Source: Solimonas flava (GTDB lineage Bacteria; Pseudomonadota; Gammaproteobacteria; Nevskiales; Nevskiaceae). From it: a stretch of DNA of 64,000 bases. The notes under the pieces are model-generated. The model had not been told where the DNA came from. It was given only the letters and a program-made list of their open reading frames with translations, and did not search any database. Location: assembly GCA_040391865.1 (NCBI GenBank), contig JBEBWZ010000002.1, positions 5,446 to 69,445 on the forward strand, in the 5' to 3' direction. The position numbers and the translations under genes were made by a program. Shown piece after piece: positions 8,841-18,887 of this stretch. The first letter of the stretch is position 1, and each line of letters starts with the position of its first letter.

Positions 8841-9929
8841 ATGACTTCAAGCAATAACCAGAACAGCACCGATTCCACACCGACGACTCCGGCAAAGGCG
8901 CAGCAGTCCTTCGATGTCGCACGGCTGCAGGCATATCTGCAGGAAAAGATTCCCGGCTTCGGCGGTGACCTGCAGGTGGCGCAGTTCGAGGGCGGGCAAT
9001 CGAACCCGACGTTCCGCCTGACCGCCGGCGCTCAGCGCTATGTGCTGCGGCGCAAGCCGGCCGGCAAGCTGTTGCCGTCGGCACATGCGGTGGATCGCGA
9101 GTTCCGGGTGATCTCGGCGCTGCATGGCAGCGAAGTGCCGGTCGCAAAGCCGTATGTGCTGTGCGAGGACGACAGCGTCATCGGCTCGGCGTTCTACATC
9201 ATGGAATGCGTCGATGGCCGCGTGCTCTGGGACCCGTCGCTTCCGGGCTTCGACAAGGCGCAGCGCACGGCGATGTTTCATGAGATGAACCGCGTGATCT
9301 CGGCACTGCATCGCGTCGATCCGGCCAGCGTCGGGCTGGCCGACTACGGCAAGCCGGGCAATTACTTTGCACGCCAGATCGATCGCTGGAGCAAGCAGTA
9401 CCGCGCCTCGGAAACCGAGACCATCGATGCGATGGAACGCCTGATCGAATGGTTGCCGGCCAACATCCCGCCCGGCGAGGAGGTGTCGATCGTGCACGGC
9501 GATTACCGCCTCGACAATCTGATGTTCCACCCCACCGAGCCGCGCGTGCTCGCGGTGCTGGATTGGGAGTTGTCGACCCTCGGCCATCCGCTGGCCGATT
9601 TCTCGTATCACTGCATGACCTGGCAGATTCCGGCGGGTGCGACTCGCGGACTCGGGGGCGCCGATCTGGCCGCGCTGGGCATTCCGTCCGAGTCGGAATA
9701 TGTCGCCGAGTACTGCCGCAATACCGGCCGCGCCGCGATCGATCCCGGCCACTGGAATTTCTACATGGCCTACAACCTGTTCCGCCTCTCCGGCATCCTG
9801 CAGGGAATCATGGGTCGTGTGAAAGACGGCACCGCCACCAGTCAGCGCGCGCTGGAAATGGGCCGCGCCGCACGGCCGCTGGCCGAGATGGGCTGGCAGC
9901 GCGTCGAAAAAATCCTGCGCGGTCGCTGA
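8841..9929 (+). CDS. phosphotransferase-family (APH/choline-kinase-like) protein, equivalent to the ACAD10/11 N-terminal kinase module
   Basis: 362 aa. [12 protein letters not shown]...YVLRRKP nucleotide-binding lobe, catalytic [13 protein letters not shown], and [14 protein letters not shown]. Lies immediately upstream of an ACAD10/11-type dehydrogenase. Confidence 0.85.
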   Translation: MTSSNNQNSTDSTPTTPAKAQQSFDVARLQAYLQEKIPGFGGDLQVAQFEGGQSNPTFRLTAGAQRYVLRRKPAGKLLPSAHAVDREFRVISALHGSEVPVAKPYVLCEDDSVIGSAFYIMECVDGRVLWDPSLPGFDKAQRTAMFHEMNRVISALHRVDPASVGLADYGKPGNYFARQIDRWSKQYRASETETIDAMERLIEWLPANIPPGEEVSIVHGDYRLDNLMFHPTEPRVLAVLDWELSTLGHPLADFSYHCMTWQIPAGATRGLGGADLAALGIPSESEYVAEYCRNTGRAAIDPGHWNFYMAYNLFRLSGILQGIMGRVKDGTATSQRALEMGRAARPLAEMGWQRVEKILRGR

Positions 9930-9970
9930 AGTTTCCTTCAGCACCGCCCCCCTGTTACCGGAGCCTTCCG

Positions 9971-11215
9971 ATGAATTTCGAATACTCACAGAAAACCCTG
10001 GCGCTGATGGCGCGACTCAATGCGTTCATGGATGAAAACATCTATCCGAACGAGCAGCGCTTCTTCGACGAAGTGGCACAAGGCGATCGCTGGCAGCCGA
10101 CGCAGATCATCGAGGAGATGAAGCAGAAGGCCAAGGCCGCCGATCTGTGGAATCTGTTCCTGCCGCAGTCGGAGCGCGGTGCCGGCCTCAGCAATCTCGA
10201 ATACGCGCCGCTGTGCGAGATCATGGGCCGCGTGGTCTGGGCACCGGAGGTGTTCAACTGCTCGGCGCCGGATACCGGCAACATGGAAGTGCTGGAGCGT
10301 TACGGCAGCGAGGAGCACAAGCAGCAGTGGCTGCAGCCGCTGCTCGAGGGCCGTATCCGTTCCTGCTTCGCGATGACCGAGCCGGAAGTCGCGTCCAGCG
10401 ACGCCACCAACATCGCCAGCGTGATCCGTCGCGAGGGCAACGAGTATGTGATCAACGGCCGCAAGTGGTGGTCGTCCGGCGCCAACGATCCGCGCTGCAA
10501 GATTTTCATCTTCATGGGCAAGACCGACCCGGACAACCCGAGCCGCCACAGCCAGCAGTCGATGATTCTGGTGCCGCGCGATACGCCGGGCGTGAAGATC
10601 CTGCGCCATCTGCCGGTCTTCGGTTACGACGATGCCCCGCACGGTCACGCCGAGATCCTGTTCGACAATGTGCGTGTGCCGGTGTCGAACATCCTGCTCG
10701 GTGAAGGCCGCGGCTTCGAGATCGCGCAGGGGCGGCTCGGACCGGGCCGCATTCATCACTGCATGCGTCTGATCGGCCTCGCCGAACGCGCGCTGGAGAA
10801 GATGTGCCGGCGCGCACTGTCGCGCGTCGCTTTCGGCAAACCGGTGGCAGCGCAGACGGTGACACTGGAGCGCATTGCCGAAGCACGCATCCTGATCGAT
10901 CAGGCGCGGCTGCTGACGCTGAAGGCGGCGTACATGATGGATACCGTCGGCAACAAGGTCGCCGCGAAGGAAATCGCGATGATCAAGGTCGCGGCACCGA
11001 ACATGGCCTGTCAGGTGATCGACTGGGCGATCCAGGTGCACGGCGGCGGTGGCGTCACCGACGAATTCGGCCTGTCCTACGCCTACGCGCAGGCGCGCAC
11101 GCTGCGTCTCGCCGACGGTCCGGATGAAGTGCATCGCAACCAGATCGGCAAGCTCGAACTGGGCCGCTATGCGTCTCCCGACGTGCTGCGCGCGTTTGGA
11201 AGCAAGGGCCGATAG
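9971..11215 (+). CDS. acyl-CoA dehydrogenase of the ACAD10/ACAD11 type
   Basis: ATG at 9971 ([28 protein letters not shown]...). Long motif matches to the ACAD10/11 dehydrogenase domains as I recall them: [72 protein letters not shown]. The 174-aa upstream extension in the ORF track overlaps the kinase gene and is rejected. Confidence 0.9.
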   Translation: MNFEYSQKTLALMARLNAFMDENIYPNEQRFFDEVAQGDRWQPTQIIEEMKQKAKAADLWNLFLPQSERGAGLSNLEYAPLCEIMGRVVWAPEVFNCSAPDTGNMEVLERYGSEEHKQQWLQPLLEGRIRSCFAMTEPEVASSDATNIASVIRREGNEYVINGRKWWSSGANDPRCKIFIFMGKTDPDNPSRHSQQSMILVPRDTPGVKILRHLPVFGYDDAPHGHAEILFDNVRVPVSNILLGEGRGFEIAQGRLGPGRIHHCMRLIGLAERALEKMCRRALSRVAFGKPVAAQTVTLERIAEARILIDQARLLTLKAAYMMDTVGNKVAAKEIAMIKVAAPNMACQVIDWAIQVHGGGGVTDEFGLSYAYAQARTLRLADGPDEVHRNQIGKLELGRYASPDVLRAFGSKGR

Positions 11216-11247
11216 TGGCCTTTTAAGCAGCCGCCACGCGGCTGGAT

Positions 11248-11300
11248 CGGATGGGTACAGATAGACCGACAGCGCTTCTGTACCCATCCGGTTTGCTGTT
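11248..11300 (+). terminator. probable terminator after the ACAD gene
   Basis: Perfect 13-bp stem CGGATGGGTACAG (11248..11260) / CTGTACCCATCCG (11278..11290) followed by the T-rich GTTTGCTGTTCTCTGTG. A second small hairpin CAGCCGC-cac-GCGGCTG lies at 11228..11244. Confidence 0.6.
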
Positions 11301-11473
11301 CTCTGTGTCTGTGAAATCTCCCCCTTGTCCGCATACTGAAGTCATCTGCCATCGTCTTTGCGGTTAGCGCACCATCCGTGTGAAACCGTACAGAGCGTTG
11401 CCGCAGCAATAGCTTCTTATGAGAGCGACGGCACCTGCCGCCGACGGTTACGTGTGACAAAGGAGAGGAGACA

Positions 11474-13420
11474 ATGAGAGCAATGCTCAGAGGAGCGCTG
11501 TGCCTGGGCGCGGGTGGCATCTTGCTGGGGGCGCCGTTCGCTGCATCGGCACTTCCGTTTTCATTCGGCGAGATCGAAGGAAAGTTCGATACCACGCTGT
11601 CGATGGGTGCGACCTTCCGCATGCAGGACGCCGACCCGACCCTGATCGGCATCTCCAACGGTGGCCTGGCCCGCTCGGTGAACGAGGACGATGGCAATCT
11701 GGCCTTCGACAAGGGCGATGCGGTTTCCGCCGTCGCCAAAGCCACTCATGATCTTGAATTGAAGTGGCGCGAATTCGGCCTGTTCACCCGCTTCAGCTAT
11801 TTCTACGATGCCGTCGCCGCCGATGCCGATCATCGCGAACGGCGCGTGCCGCCGGGCGGATTTCCCAACGCCGACCGCGGTGAACACCAGTACGAACTGG
11901 GCGCCCGTGGCCGTGACCGCCTGGAATCGGAAATCGATCTGCTGGATCTGTTCGTTTACGGCCGTTTCGATTTCGGCGGTGGCCGCACGCTGGCCGTGCG
12001 CGCCGGCAACCAGGTCGTGAGCTGGGGCGAAAGCACGTTCATCCAGAACGGCATCAACGCGATCAACCCGATCGACGTCGCACGCATTCGCGTGCCCGGT
12101 TCCGAGCTGAAGGAAGCCTTGCTGCCGATTCCCATGCTGTGGGCGTCGTTCCAGCTCACCGAGTCCCTGAGCATGGAAGCGGTGTGGATGACCTCCTACA
12201 AGAAAACCGAGATCGATCCGCGCGGGAGCTTCTTCTCGACCAACGATTACGTCTCGGATGACGGCGATCGCGCACTGGTCGGCTTCGGCCGGCGCCATGA
12301 CGATAGCGTCATGCTCAATCCGGCCAATCCGAGTTCCATGGGGCCGGGCTCCGCCGCCGCATGGGTACCGCGCCAGGGTGGCCCCGATGTCGAGGACGCC
12401 GAGAAACAGTTCGGCGTGGCCTTGCGCTATTTCGCCGAGAACCTGGGCAGCACCGAGTTCGGTGCGTACTACCTGACCTACCACAGCCGCATACCGCTGA
12501 TCTCCGGTTTCCGCGGTGCCGCCAGCAGTCCAGCCAATCTGCTGACCCCCACTCCGCCACCGCTGTGCTCCAGCGATGCGGCGGCGGCCGGCTGTCGCGG
12601 CAGCTTCTTCACCGAGTATCCCGCCAACATCGATCTGTACGGCCTGAGCTTCAACACCGACGGCCCGCTCGGCATCGCGCTGCAAGGTGAATACTCGTTC
12701 CGACCGAAGCAGCCGATCCAGTTGGCCGGCACCGAAGTCCTGCTGCGCGGACTCGGCGTTCCCGGCAGCCTGGGCGCGGTGCCGCTGCCTGCGGGCACCT
12801 ACATCCAGGGCTGGCGCGAGATCGAAATGCATCAGGCGCAGATGACCTTGACCAAGGCCTTCGGTCCGATGGCCGGCGCGCAGCAGTTCATCATGCTCGG
12901 CGAGGTCGGCGTCAACCATCTGGCCCTGCCCGACGAGCTGCGCTTCAACGGTCCCGGCGCACACCTCCCTGCCTGCGGCTTTTCGGACCCCGCCACGGTG
13001 CTGGTGGCCGCCTCGAACGGCTCCTGCCAGTCGGACGGTTTTGCCACCGATACCTCGTGGGGCTATCGCATCGTCAGCCGCATGGATTTCGAGAACGTGG
13101 TCGGCGCCGCGAGCCTGTCGCCGCGTCTGGTGTTCGCGCATGACGTCAATGGCGTCGGCCCGAACTTCAACCAGGACACCAAGGCGGTGACCGTGGGCGT
13201 CGGCTTCAACTACCTGCAGCGCTGGCAGGCCGATATCGGCTACACCACGTTCTTCGGCGGCCGCACCTACAGCGGCGTCGACGCCGCGCCTCTGGGCTTC
13301 GAGTATGCGCCAGGCGCCTATACGCCCGGCCATTCCAGCCAGACCGCCCCTTATTCCAGCAGCGCCAACCCGAACAAGGATCGCGACTTCCTCGCGATCA
13401 GTGTCTCGTACGCATTCTGA
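11474..13420 (+). CDS. DUF1302-family outer-membrane protein
   Basis: 648 aa. Signal peptide (LGAGGILLGAPFAASA), then FSFGEIEGKFDTTLSMGATFRMQD and a C-terminal ...FLAISVSYAF, typical of the DUF1302 beta-barrel family. RBS AAGGAGAGGAG upstream. Paired with DUF1329. Confidence 0.8.
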   Translation: MRAMLRGALCLGAGGILLGAPFAASALPFSFGEIEGKFDTTLSMGATFRMQDADPTLIGISNGGLARSVNEDDGNLAFDKGDAVSAVAKATHDLELKWREFGLFTRFSYFYDAVAADADHRERRVPPGGFPNADRGEHQYELGARGRDRLESEIDLLDLFVYGRFDFGGGRTLAVRAGNQVVSWGESTFIQNGINAINPIDVARIRVPGSELKEALLPIPMLWASFQLTESLSMEAVWMTSYKKTEIDPRGSFFSTNDYVSDDGDRALVGFGRRHDDSVMLNPANPSSMGPGSAAAWVPRQGGPDVEDAEKQFGVALRYFAENLGSTEFGAYYLTYHSRIPLISGFRGAASSPANLLTPTPPPLCSSDAAAAGCRGSFFTEYPANIDLYGLSFNTDGPLGIALQGEYSFRPKQPIQLAGTEVLLRGLGVPGSLGAVPLPAGTYIQGWREIEMHQAQMTLTKAFGPMAGAQQFIMLGEVGVNHLALPDELRFNGPGAHLPACGFSDPATVLVAASNGSCQSDGFATDTSWGYRIVSRMDFENVVGAASLSPRLVFAHDVNGVGPNFNQDTKAVTVGVGFNYLQRWQADIGYTTFFGGRTYSGVDAAPLGFEYAPGAYTPGHSSQTAPYSSSANPNKDRDFLAISVSYAF

Positions 13421-13445
13421 TCGGGACCGAACGGAGCATTCATTC

Positions 13446-14801
13446 ATGAAACTCACCACTCTCATTTCCGCCAGTTGCCTGCTGCTGGCTTCCGGCGTCA
13501 CCTACGCGGCGGTCTCCGCGGAGGAAGCGGCCAAGCTCGGACAATCACTGACGCCGATCGGCGCGGAGAAAGCCGGCAACGCCGCGGGCACCATTCCTGC
13601 CTGGACCGGCGGCCTGACCAAGGCCGTACCGGGTTTCGTCCCGGGCGGTCACTACCCGGACCCGTACCCGGACGACAAGATCCAGTTCACGATCGACGCT
13701 AAGAACATGGCGCAGCACAAGGACCACCTGTCTCCCGGCCAGATGGCGCTGCTGCAGCGTTATCCCAGCTGGAAGATGCACGTCTATCCGACACGCCGCA
13801 GCGCCGCGTTCCCGCAGGGCATCTACGACGAGAGCAAGGCCAACGCCACCAAGGTGAAGCTGGTTGCGGGCGGCAACGGCTTTGAAGGCGCCACCGGCGG
13901 CGTCACCTTCCCGATTCCGCAGAACGGCCTCGAAGCGATCTGGAACCACATGACCGCCTACAAGGGCGAGCTGTACGCAACGTCATGGGCACAGGCCGCA
14001 GTGACTGCCAGCGGCGCATACAACCTGGTGCGCTTCGATTACGAGTACGACTTCATCTACGGCAGCCAGAAGCGCAAGCCGGAAGACCGCAACTCGGACC
14101 TGCTGTTCTACTTCCTGCAGACGATCAAGGACCCGCCGCGCCTGGCCGGCGGCATCCTGCTGGTGCACGAGTACGCCAATCAGGTCGCCAATCCACGCAA
14201 GGCCTGGACCTACAATCCCGGTCAGCGGCGCGTGCGTCTTGCACCCAACGTCGCTTACGACAATCCGGGTACCGCGTCCGACGGACTGCGCACCAACGAT
14301 GACTTCCTGATGTTCAACGGCGCCACCGACCGTTACGACTGGAAGCTGGTGGGCAAGAAGGAAATGTACATCCCGTACAACTCGTACAAGATCAGCGGCC
14401 CCCAGCTCAAGATCAAGGATGTGCTGCAGGCCGGCCACGTCAATCCGGAACCCGCGCGGTATGAGCTGCATCGCGTCTGGGTGGTCGAGGCCACGCTCAA
14501 GCCGGGCACTTCGCACCTGTACAAGCGCCGCACCTTCTTCCTCGACGAGGACAGCTGGGTCATCCACGTCCAGGACAAGTACGACAACCGCGATCAGCTG
14601 TGGCGCGTGGACGAACTGCACACCACGCAGTTCTACGATGTGCCGTTCCTGAATGCGGCACTGGAGGTGAAGCATGACCTGCAGTCCGGCCGTTACCTCG
14701 CGATGAACATCCGCAACGAGGACACCAAGATCTATCAGCCGGTCAACCGTACGCCTTCGGACTTCACGCCGAACGCGCTGCGCGACAAGGGCACCCGCTA
14801 A
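13446..14801 (+). CDS. DUF1329-family periplasmic/outer-membrane lipoprotein-sorting-like protein
   Basis: ATG at 13446 gives MKLTTLISASCLLLASGVTYAAVSAEEAAKLGQSLTPIGAEKAGNAAGTIPAWTGGL, the characteristic DUF1329 N-terminus. The canonical partner DUF1302 is immediately upstream. Confidence 0.8.
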   Translation: MKLTTLISASCLLLASGVTYAAVSAEEAAKLGQSLTPIGAEKAGNAAGTIPAWTGGLTKAVPGFVPGGHYPDPYPDDKIQFTIDAKNMAQHKDHLSPGQMALLQRYPSWKMHVYPTRRSAAFPQGIYDESKANATKVKLVAGGNGFEGATGGVTFPIPQNGLEAIWNHMTAYKGELYATSWAQAAVTASGAYNLVRFDYEYDFIYGSQKRKPEDRNSDLLFYFLQTIKDPPRLAGGILLVHEYANQVANPRKAWTYNPGQRRVRLAPNVAYDNPGTASDGLRTNDDFLMFNGATDRYDWKLVGKKEMYIPYNSYKISGPQLKIKDVLQAGHVNPEPARYELHRVWVVEATLKPGTSHLYKRRTFFLDEDSWVIHVQDKYDNRDQLWRVDELHTTQFYDVPFLNAALEVKHDLQSGRYLAMNIRNEDTKIYQPVNRTPSDFTPNALRDKGTR

Positions 14802-14839
14802 GCCGTCGCATTCCCCGGCGTCCGCTCCTTGGCGCCGGC

Positions 14840-14882
14840 AACCCCGCAGTCAGCCCGCAAGGGCGCTGCGGGGTTCTTTTTT
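14840..14882 (+). terminator. rho-independent terminator
   Basis: AACCCCGCAG (14840..14849) pairs with CTGCGGGGTT (14866..14875), followed by CTTTTTT. Confidence 0.8.
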
Positions 14883-15139
14883 GGGGCAACCCTTCTGATT
14901 CACCCGTTCATGTCGCGCGCCACAGGGAGGGGCTATGCACAGCCCGACGCAGTCGGATGTATCGAGACACGCCGTGCCTGCCTAGGTCACATCAATCCCT
15001 CGATACACCGCACAGCGTGCGGCTGTGCGTAGCCTCCCAGTGGGACTCGGGACGAAAGCAGTTGAGTTGTTCCTCGAACCACGTCCATAGAATCGCTGGA
15101 AGATGGTTCCGATTCCGTGATCCTTCCGCGCGCTGCGAC

Positions 15140-16258
15140 TCAGGCAACCAGGGCGTCACCAAACAGGCCGAGATGATGCTCGGCATCGCCGAACAGCAAC
15201 CCGATCATCGTCAGCCGCTTGAAGAGGTGGCTGACCGCCAGTTCATCGGTGACGCCGATGCCGCCGTGCAACTGCACCGCCTGTTGCCCGACGAAGCGTG
15301 CGGACTGTGACACCAGCACCTTGGCAGCCGAGATCGCCTGGCGCCGCTCGGCGCGATCCGCGGTCAGCTTCGCCGCCGCCAGATACGCCATCGAGCGCGC
15401 CTGCTCGGCGTGCAAGTACATATCCACCGCGCGATGCTGCAAGGCCTGGAAGCTGCCGATGGGCACGCCGAACTGCTTGCGGGTCTTGAGGTAGCTCACC
15501 GTCGCTTCGATCGCCGCCGCCATCGCGCCCACGGCTTCGGCGCACAAGGCAGCGATGCCATGATCCAGCGCCAGTTCCACCATCTCCAGGCCCGCACCTG
15601 CGGCACCGATCAACGCATCGGTGCTCAACCGCACCTGCGTGAAGCGGATCTCGGCGGCACGCTGGCCATCCTGCGTGGGATACGCCTTGCGCGAGACGCC
15701 CGGCGCCTGGGCATCGACGATGAACAACGACACCCCCTGCGGCGTCTGCGCGGAGACCAGCAGATGGTCGGCCGCGCCGCCATGCAGCACCACCGACTTC
15801 CGGCCGTTCAGCACATGGCCCTCGCCCTGCGCATCGGCCTGCGTGGTCACGCCATCCAGCTGATACCGCTGGCCGGGCTCGTGATGCGCGAGCGCCAGCA
15901 GACTGTCGCCGGCAATCACGGCGGGCAGCAGCGCCGATTGCTGCGCGTCACTGCCGTGGCGCGCCAGCAACCCGGCACCGAGTACCACGGTCGACAGATA
16001 CGGTTCGAGCACGAGGCCACTGCCCAGGGCCTCCATGACCAGCAGCGTGTCGAAACCATCGCCACCGAGACCGCCCTGCGCTTCCGGCAGACCGATGGCC
16101 AACAGGCCCATGTCGGCAAACTGCCGCCAGACCTCGCGGCTCCAGCCGTCGGTCGAGCGCAGGATCTCGCGCCGCTTCTCGAAGCCGTAGTCCTTGCGCA
16201 CATAGCGCTCCAGCATCTCGCGGAGCTGGCGCTGTTCATCGCTGAAAGTGAAGTCCAT
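15140..16258 (-). CDS. acyl-CoA dehydrogenase family protein (second subunit of a probable pair)
   Basis: 372 aa. ACAD-like N-terminal and middle domains and a C-terminal helical domain (FGVPIGSFQALQHRAVDMY...QLHGGIGVTDE). Lies 15 nt downstream of another ACAD gene. Confidence 0.85.
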   Translation of the reverse strand: MDFTFSDEQRQLREMLERYVRKDYGFEKRREILRSTDGWSREVWRQFADMGLLAIGLPEAQGGLGGDGFDTLLVMEALGSGLVLEPYLSTVVLGAGLLARHGSDAQQSALLPAVIAGDSLLALAHHEPGQRYQLDGVTTQADAQGEGHVLNGRKSVVLHGGAADHLLVSAQTPQGVSLFIVDAQAPGVSRKAYPTQDGQRAAEIRFTQVRLSTDALIGAAGAGLEMVELALDHGIAALCAEAVGAMAAAIEATVSYLKTRKQFGVPIGSFQALQHRAVDMYLHAEQARSMAYLAAAKLTADRAERRQAISAAKVLVSQSARFVGQQAVQLHGGIGVTDELAVSHLFKRLTMIGLLFGDAEHHLGLFGDALVA

Positions 16259-16273
16259 GTTCAGATCGCCTTT

Positions 16274-17473
16274 TCAGAATCCGAGAATCATCTTGGAGAT
16301 GATGTTTTTCTGGATCTCGTTGGATCCGCCGTAGATGGTGGTCTTGCGCAGGTTGAAGTAGTGGCCGCTGAGCGGCACGCCATACCCGGGGCCGACGATC
16401 TCGCCGTCATAGCCCGCGTCCATCGCATCGTGCTGATACGGCAGCGCGTCGTGCCCCAATGCCTGCATCAGCAGTTCGGACAAGGTCTGCTGGATTTCCG
16501 AGCCGCGGATCTTCAGCAGCGAGGCTTCGGGCCCCGGCGCACGCTGTTCCATCTCTGCGGCGATCACGCGCAGGTTGGTGATCTCCAGCGCCATCAGGTC
16601 GATCTCGACCTGTGCTACGCGATCGCGAAAGCGCGCATCGTCGATCAGGCGACGCCCGTCCGAACCCGGCTGCCGCGCAGCGATTTCCTTGAGCCGCTTC
16701 AGTTCGCGCTTGGAACGGCCGACTCCGGCGATGCCGGTGCGTTCATGGCCGAGCAGGAACTTGGCGTAGGTCCAGCCCTTGTTCTCCTCGCCGATGCGGT
16801 TCTGCACCGGCACCTCGACGTTGTCGAACCAGACCTCGTTCACCTCGTGCTCGCCGTCGAGCATGATGATCGGACGCACGCTGACACCCGGCGTGTTCAT
16901 GTCGATCAGCAGGAAGGAGATGCCCTCCTGATTGCGCACGTCGACCGCCGTGCGCACCAGGCAGAAGATCCAGCTGGCGTGATGGCCCAGCGTGGTCCAG
17001 GTCTTCTGGCCGTTGACCACGTAGTGATCGCCCTTGCGCTCGGCGCGGGTCTTCAGCGAGGCCAGGTCGGAGCCGGCGCCCGGCTCCGAATAGCCCTGAC
17101 ACCACCAGTCTTCGCCGCTGAGGATGCGCGGCAGGAAGTGCGCCTTCTGCGCCTCGTTGCCGAAGGCCATGATCACCGGCGCCACCATCCGCAGCGAGAA
17201 CACCGAGAGCAGGGGCGCACCGGCATCGGCGCATTCCTCGTCGAAGATGTGCTGCTGCACCGGACTCCAGCCGGTGCCGCCGTATTGCTGCGGCCAGTTG
17301 GGCGCGATCCAGCCCCTGTCGTTGAGGATCACATGCCAGCGGTAGTAGTCGTCCTTCTGCAGCCGCTGGCCGCCCAGGACCTTGTCGCGGATGTCGGACG
17401 GCAGCTTGCCGTCGATGAACTGCCGCACTTCGGCGCGGAACGCCTGTTCCGCGGCGGTGAAATTGAGATCCAT
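16274..17473 (-). CDS. acyl-CoA dehydrogenase
   Basis: 399 aa. MDLNFTAAEQAFRAEVRQFI..., WCQGYSEPGAGSDLASL, VVNGQKTWTT, YGGSNEIQKNIISKMILGF. Confidence 0.9.
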   Translation of the reverse strand: MDLNFTAAEQAFRAEVRQFIDGKLPSDIRDKVLGGQRLQKDDYYRWHVILNDRGWIAPNWPQQYGGTGWSPVQQHIFDEECADAGAPLLSVFSLRMVAPVIMAFGNEAQKAHFLPRILSGEDWWCQGYSEPGAGSDLASLKTRAERKGDHYVVNGQKTWTTLGHHASWIFCLVRTAVDVRNQEGISFLLIDMNTPGVSVRPIIMLDGEHEVNEVWFDNVEVPVQNRIGEENKGWTYAKFLLGHERTGIAGVGRSKRELKRLKEIAARQPGSDGRRLIDDARFRDRVAQVEIDLMALEITNLRVIAAEMEQRAPGPEASLLKIRGSEIQQTLSELLMQALGHDALPYQHDAMDAGYDGEIVGPGYGVPLSGHYFNLRKTTIYGGSNEIQKNIISKMILGF

Positions 17474-17595
17474 GCAGAAGGCTCCATCAGGTCAGACTGG
17501 AGCATAGAGACCGCCTGTGTCGCGAACAAATGCGCCGTTTGCATGCAGACCCATCAACGCGGCGCATGGTGGCCGCGCCGACGGGCGGGCCTGCA

Positions 17596-18876
17596 TCAGG
17601 GAATCGCGTCCAGGCGCAACTGGCCGCAGGCCGCCAGCAGGCGATACGCGGCCAGCGCGCGATCGCGTTCGCTGCCGACCAGGTTCACGTGCGCCGCCAG
17701 GCGCTCGCGCTCGGCGTCGAGCAGGTCGAGCGTCGTGCGCGATCCGACATCCAGTTCCTTGCGTACGGTCTCCAACGCCAGCTCCGACGCCGCGACCTGC
17801 GCCTGATAGGCCGGTACTGCCTGCAAGGTGGCCTGCCACAGCTCCCAGGATTCGATCGCGGCCTGACGTGCCGCGCGTTGCGCATCGCTGGCGGCGTAAT
17901 CGGCCTGCGCCGCTTCCGCGCGCGACTGCGCGATCTGCGCACTGACCGCGCCACCCTGATAGATCGGCACCGTCAGCTTCAGCAGCGCCGACCAGGTGTC
18001 GAGCCGCTCGTACCCGAATTCGGTGTTGTCGCGGGTATTGCCCTGGGCATCCAGCGACACCGTCGGCAGGCGCGCGCCGGCAGCAACCTTGGCCCGCTGA
18101 TGCGCACCACGCGCCTGCGCACTGGCGGCCTGCACGATCGGCGATTCACCGGCCCAGCGCAGCGCCTCGTCGAGGGAGGCTGGCAGCTGCGGCGGTGCGC
18201 CGATCGGCGCCAGCCCTTCGGCGCGCTCGCCGGTCACACGTTCGTACGCCGCTTCGCCGGCACGTACACGTGCCTGCGCACTGGCCAGCAGCGCCTGCGA
18301 TTCCGCGGCACGCGCATCCGCCTGCGCGACATCGCTGCGCGTCACTTCACCGGCGTCATAGCGTTTGCGGGTGTCGCTGGCGGCGGTCGACAGCGTGCGC
18401 TGACTGGCCTGAGCCTGTTCCAGCACTGCGCGATCGCGCAGCACATCGAGATAGGCGGCGATCGCCTGCAGCATCAGCTGCTGGGTCTCGCCCACCGCGC
18501 GCTGGCGGCTGGCATCGAGCCCGGCATCGGCGACGGCCAGCTGTGCCTCGGTACGACCACCGCGATACAGCGGCTGCGACAGTGCCAGCGTCACGCCATT
18601 GGGATTGCGCAGGCCACTCTCCGGAAACGGCGCATCGGTCTGCAGATCCATGCGCCCCAGCTCGGCACTCAGCAGCACATTGGGCTTGTAGCCGGACAAC
18701 GCCAGCGCCCGTTGTGCAGCCGCCGCTTCGACCGCGCTTTGCAGGGCCGCTGCGCGCGGATCGTTGCGCAGCGCGGCGGCGGCCGCATCGCGCAGGTTGG
18801 TGGCCGCCGCTGCGGGCATCGCGACGCCGACACTCACAACAGCCATCAACAGGGTCGCGGACAGGATGCGGGACAT
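17596..18876 (-). CDS. TolC-family outer-membrane efflux protein
   Basis: 426 aa. Signal peptide, then the two-repeat TolC pattern (LRDAAAAALRNDPRAAALQSAVEAA..., YKPNVLLSAELG, ...LDVGSRTTLDLLDAERE). Sits in an efflux locus with tetR and emrAB. Confidence 0.85.
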   Translation of the reverse strand: MSRILSATLLMAVVSVGVAMPAAAATNLRDAAAAALRNDPRAAALQSAVEAAAAQRALALSGYKPNVLLSAELGRMDLQTDAPFPESGLRNPNGVTLALSQPLYRGGRTEAQLAVADAGLDASRQRAVGETQQLMLQAIAAYLDVLRDRAVLEQAQASQRTLSTAASDTRKRYDAGEVTRSDVAQADARAAESQALLASAQARVRAGEAAYERVTGERAEGLAPIGAPPQLPASLDEALRWAGESPIVQAASAQARGAHQRAKVAAGARLPTVSLDAQGNTRDNTEFGYERLDTWSALLKLTVPIYQGGAVSAQIAQSRAEAAQADYAASDAQRAARQAAIESWELWQATLQAVPAYQAQVAASELALETVRKELDVGSRTTLDLLDAERERLAAHVNLVGSERDRALAAYRLLAACGQLRLDAIP

Positions 18877-18887
18877 GGCGGGTGGCC

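Noticed and set aside
8847-11287. 380-aa and 433-aa minus-strand ORFs (8847..9989, 9986..11287)
   Set aside because: They are antisense to the kinase and ACAD10/11-like genes, whose motifs are unambiguous.
11561-13501. 646-aa minus-strand ORF
   Set aside because: It is antisense to the DUF1302 gene, which has a signal peptide, an RBS and family-typical termini. This frame is low-complexity.
15410-17806. 798-aa plus-strand ORF
   Set aside because: It is antisense to the two acyl-CoA dehydrogenase genes, which have clear family motifs. There is no domain signature in this frame.
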